Positions 60,450-64,000 of a stretch of 64,000 bases of DNA are shown here, one piece after another. The stretch comes from Octopus vulgaris. Lineage: Eukaryota. Where the stretch lies: contig OX597814.1 of the NCBI GenBank assembly GCA_951406725.2, positions 159,278,001 to 159,342,000 of the forward strand, read 5' to 3'. A program made the translations under genes and the position numbers. Below the pieces are notes generated by a model. That model did no database searches. It saw only the letters and a program-made list of their open reading frames with translations, and had not been told where the DNA came from. Positions within the stretch are counted from its first letter, which is position 1. Every line of letters starts with the position of its first letter.

Positions 60450-63400
60450 TTAAGGCTGGATGCAGTAATTAGTTTGGAGTTTGGGGAGGGGTAGACATAT
60501 CAGCAGTGATGAGAGGAGGGGAGGAGAGTTGTCGGGAATGCGAGAGGGGCATGAGCCCAACCACCTTCATGAATCTGAGATCATTATAGTAGCGGTAGAA
60601 AAGACAGAGAGAGGAGACAGCACGCTTGAAGGCCAGAAAATTGAACGTGTTTATGAGTGACTTTATATAAATCAGTTGGGCCATCCTATTCTGTATGCTG
60701 TATAGGATGTCTCTTTGAGCATCGGCAGCAATGTCTCGGATGTGACAAAAATACTGCATTGCGAGTTTCGCCTAAGCTTTATAGGGTGCCAATAATTATT
60801 ATATCAAGTCATTAAGAATGAAATGTCCGATTTTGAACTGGAAGTTTGTTTTACTTAATCTCAACAAAAAGTAATGCAGTTAATCAAAGTATGCACCTAA
60901 ATTATCAACACAATTTTGCCATTTTATCGGTAGCTTATTTATGCCGGCAACGAAGAATTCTGGAGAACAATAGCTGATGAAATCACGAAAGGATGTTTTT
61001 GCATCTTCAGATCTGAAGTTTTTTTCCTTGCTAAAAGTTGTCTAATACCTGGAAAATGTGATAACCAGTTGGTGCAAGGTCTGCTGAATATGGTGAATGA
61101 CAGAATACTTCCATGTTCACTTCCTGTAACTTGAGTAGCGTTCTTTGTGCAACATGTTGTCGAGTATTGTCTTGCAAGAGAATGTTTGGTATACCCATGG
61201 GTTCACCAATCTCGGTTGTTTAATTGCATGTTCACTCATTATTTCATCTAGTTGGTTGGTGAATACATCCGCTGTAATTGACTTACCAAGTTTCATAAAG
61301 CTGCAGTGGATGGCACCAGCGCTGTACCACCAAACGGACACTATTAGCTTCTTTTTGTATTTTTGTTGTTTTTTTTTTTTTTTTTGGTGAATATTCTTTG
61401 TTGGATTGTGTTTTGGCACTTGGACTCTATCCAACCACCGTGAAGAACGCTTGCTATTGATGAAAAGAATCCATTTTTCATCACACGTAGCAATATGATA
61501 CTTTTATACCGTGACAGCAAAGAACAGCAGGTTTCAAGACATGTCATTTAATGCTCGTACAGTTTGTTTGGTGCCCACTTGTCCAACTTCTTTACCTTGT
61601 CGATTTGTTTCAGATGATCCAATACAGTTGGAATCGAAACATCAAACCTTGCTGCAAACTCACGCAAAGTTTGAGATGTATCCATTTCTACTGCAGTTTC
61701 CAGCCCATCATTATCCACTTTGGCCTCAGGTCTACCACGGGGTTGATTTTCAAGATTAAAGTCACCTGACCGGAAATTCTCAAACCATCCACGTACAGTG
61801 CACACACTCGCCACATCTTCACCAAACACCTCGTTGATGTTTCGAGCTGTCTGGGATGCATTGGTTCCACGGCGGAACTCATATTCATAAACAACACGAA
61901 TGTTTGGTATACCCATAGGTTCACAAAAATTGATTTACTAGAGAAAATTCACTATATAATCAGACACCATGAATCGCATCTCGAAAAGCGATGATATAAC
62001 TCTTCAATGTTGTAAAACAACGATTTGCCAGGATAAAACATTAGAGTTAACGGCTGTCAAACTTGGTACATAAGAATATCGGACATTTCCTTCTTAATGA
62101 CCTGATAGAATGATGTACCTTCTGGCTCAGAGGAGAAAGGTCAGTCGCTGGGGTCTGGTAGTAGCAATGTTAAAAATGTACTTTCGCTAAGGAGAGACCC
62201 TCTGTGACAGTGAGACTCAATATTTTAAGCGAATACGAGGACTCAAAGCTGCTCATGATTAATCGTGATGTGGTGCGATGATATCTTTTTTTTTTTTTTT
62301 AGTAACATTCGTGTTTTTTTGTTTAATGAGACAAAATTGGTATATCGCCGTTGGAAGATACTTTCTGTGTCTTTGTTCATGGAGTCAAATGCAGCTTTGA
62401 CGTATGATGTCTAGAATGTGAATGAATGATGCATAGTTGAAGAAGGTTAAAGAGATATGAAAAGTAATGTCATCTACGTAAGAGTGGACGAGTAAGGGCG
62501 TGTAAGTCGTTGATGAGTAGAAAGAAGAGAGTGAGGGACGAAACCGAGCCCCATGAAGAGAATGAGCTTCGCCAACACACCTAGTGATAGTACAATCTGA
62601 CAGAAAGCTACCGACCCAGGAGATGAGAAACGAGTGAAGCCCATTGGCAGTCACTTTCAGTAAAGGATTCGCATGAAAAATGTAGTCAAAGACTTTACTG
62701 ATGTTGAGGGCAACAATATATTTTTCTTCAAGCCAAGTATCTACTCCTGGATACCTCTTCGGAGATTGCACTGATAGTCATTCGAGAGTGAGAAAGAGAG
62801 AGAGAGAGACTGACAGACAGATAGACAGACAGACAGATGCATAATATTGAAGGGCGTTGTTGTCAGTTGTTGCCTCTGTTATCTAGAACATATTAAAAGT
62901 GAGTGTGATAGGGCGATGTGTTGCCTTATTGAGGAATGAGACACACTTTAATCTTTCTCTCTATATAGGGATCTACCTTGCAGAGAGGCAGAGATCGAAG
63001 AGTTTGGTGAGTGTAGAGGATTATTCCGGGACGCAATATTTGAGACTAATGGAAGAGACACTGTCAGGACCAGTGGTTTTGATGGTTTGAAGCAACCGAA
63101 AGTGTTTTTGTGTTTAGCACCTGAATACGGATTTTACCTACATTTTGTTTATATGTAAGTTTCATGAGTTTGTTTCCTTGATAGGTACAGTGCTTGTGTT
63201 CTGATGCCGTTGAATGATATTAGGTTGTCATAACCCCTTTAGAGAAAGTTTTTGAGGCTTTTGTTCATGAAAGTCTGGCGTAAAGTCCTTAGAATACTTC
63301 TTCGTGGTTTCTAACTGTAGGTTAAAGGAGGAAAAGTAATATAAAAGGCGCAGGGTTGTGTGCCATTGGAAGTTATGGATCGAAGGTCATTAGGAAGAAA

Positions 63401-63900
63401 CACCTAGAACCAGAGTAACGTGTATTCTTTTACTAACGATCAGGTGAAAGAATTTAATGGTGAGTGGAGTAGTAGGCGCTGAAGCTACTTTTGGGAAAGA
63501 TATTATAAAGAGCTTGATGGGCTTCTCTAAATGAATTAGAGAAGAGCCAGCCTCCCGTGTCGTTACTCTCTGGTTCAAGCTTTATTATTTCTGGAGATGG
63601 GAAACATTTTATTAATAATAAATGGTACTACTGAAGAAAGAGTATAAGCAAGCAGCAGTGAGACGAGAATTTTTATAATCCGCTAACCACTGAGTGTTTT
63701 TGCTACCACAAATCGACTCAACTGCTTGCAAAAGTGAACTCTCTAAAGGTAATCGAGAGTCAAAAGGGGGTCTTAATCCAGACAGTGTATTAGAATTACC
63801 ACCGAGAAAAAGAGAATTGTATCTTACTGTAGATAGCAGACAGTTTTGTCCTAGACAAGCAATTTTCATTTCAAAAGTTGCCTTAAATGCAAATGCCAAG
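60450..63900 (-). mobile_element. Old CR1/Jockey-group LINE split by a mariner insertion
   Basis: TGPDSV...LKYCVPE...HRPITL (62900-63090), VALNISKVFD and HSYVDDITFH (62385-62771), and MQYFCHI...IQNR...SSLCLFYRYY (60469-60759). The part above about 63100 is weak. Confidence 0.75.
60804..62105 (-). mobile_element. Full-length mariner with disrupted transposase
   Basis: TA-flanked TIRs TCA(A/G)GTCATTAAGAA(T/G)GAAATGTCCGA. IRVVYEYEFRRGTNASQTARNINEVFG, PRGRP, KKLDKWAP, DEKW and QDN motifs. 1302 bp. Confidence 0.95.
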
Positions 63901-64000
63901 GATCATTTATCTAAAACTCTTATTAATCTAGCTGCATGTATCATATACTAACATAATTCATAATAAAATAACGAAATTAAGGAAAAACATTGACCTTAGA

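Overview
AT-rich, repeat-dominated animal genomic DNA. The SINE families, microsatellite load and transposon mix point to an octopod cephalopod (Octopus-like); this is an inference from the repeats. Host coding content is small. There is one unambiguous I-set immunoglobulin-domain exon on the minus strand (23353-23639). Several small minus-strand candidate exons chain with it in frame (42616-42712, 25390-25545, possibly 19032-19119, 15398-15472, terminal 14022-14181). This gene model coincides with a visibly CpG-depleted block at about 13.9-41.3 kb. The rest is mobile-element debris: a 3' LTR with polypurine tract, two Penelope-like retroelements, CR1-type, RTE, HERO and CRE non-LTR elements, five mariner copies, a pogo remnant, Merlin/hAT/Tc1-pogo-type MITEs, mini-Helitrons and many tRNA-derived SINEs. 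The most notable observations are a Penelope GIY-YIG endonuclease whose two motifs are separated by about 1 kb of Thr/Ser/Asn/Pro-rich coding sequence, minimal hammerhead-ribozyme motifs in Penelope-derived ends, and two Merlin-type foldback elements nested inside a larger inverted-repeat element. No rRNA, true tRNA gene or CRISPR array is supported. All family assignments come from motifs recognised by eye, not from database searches.
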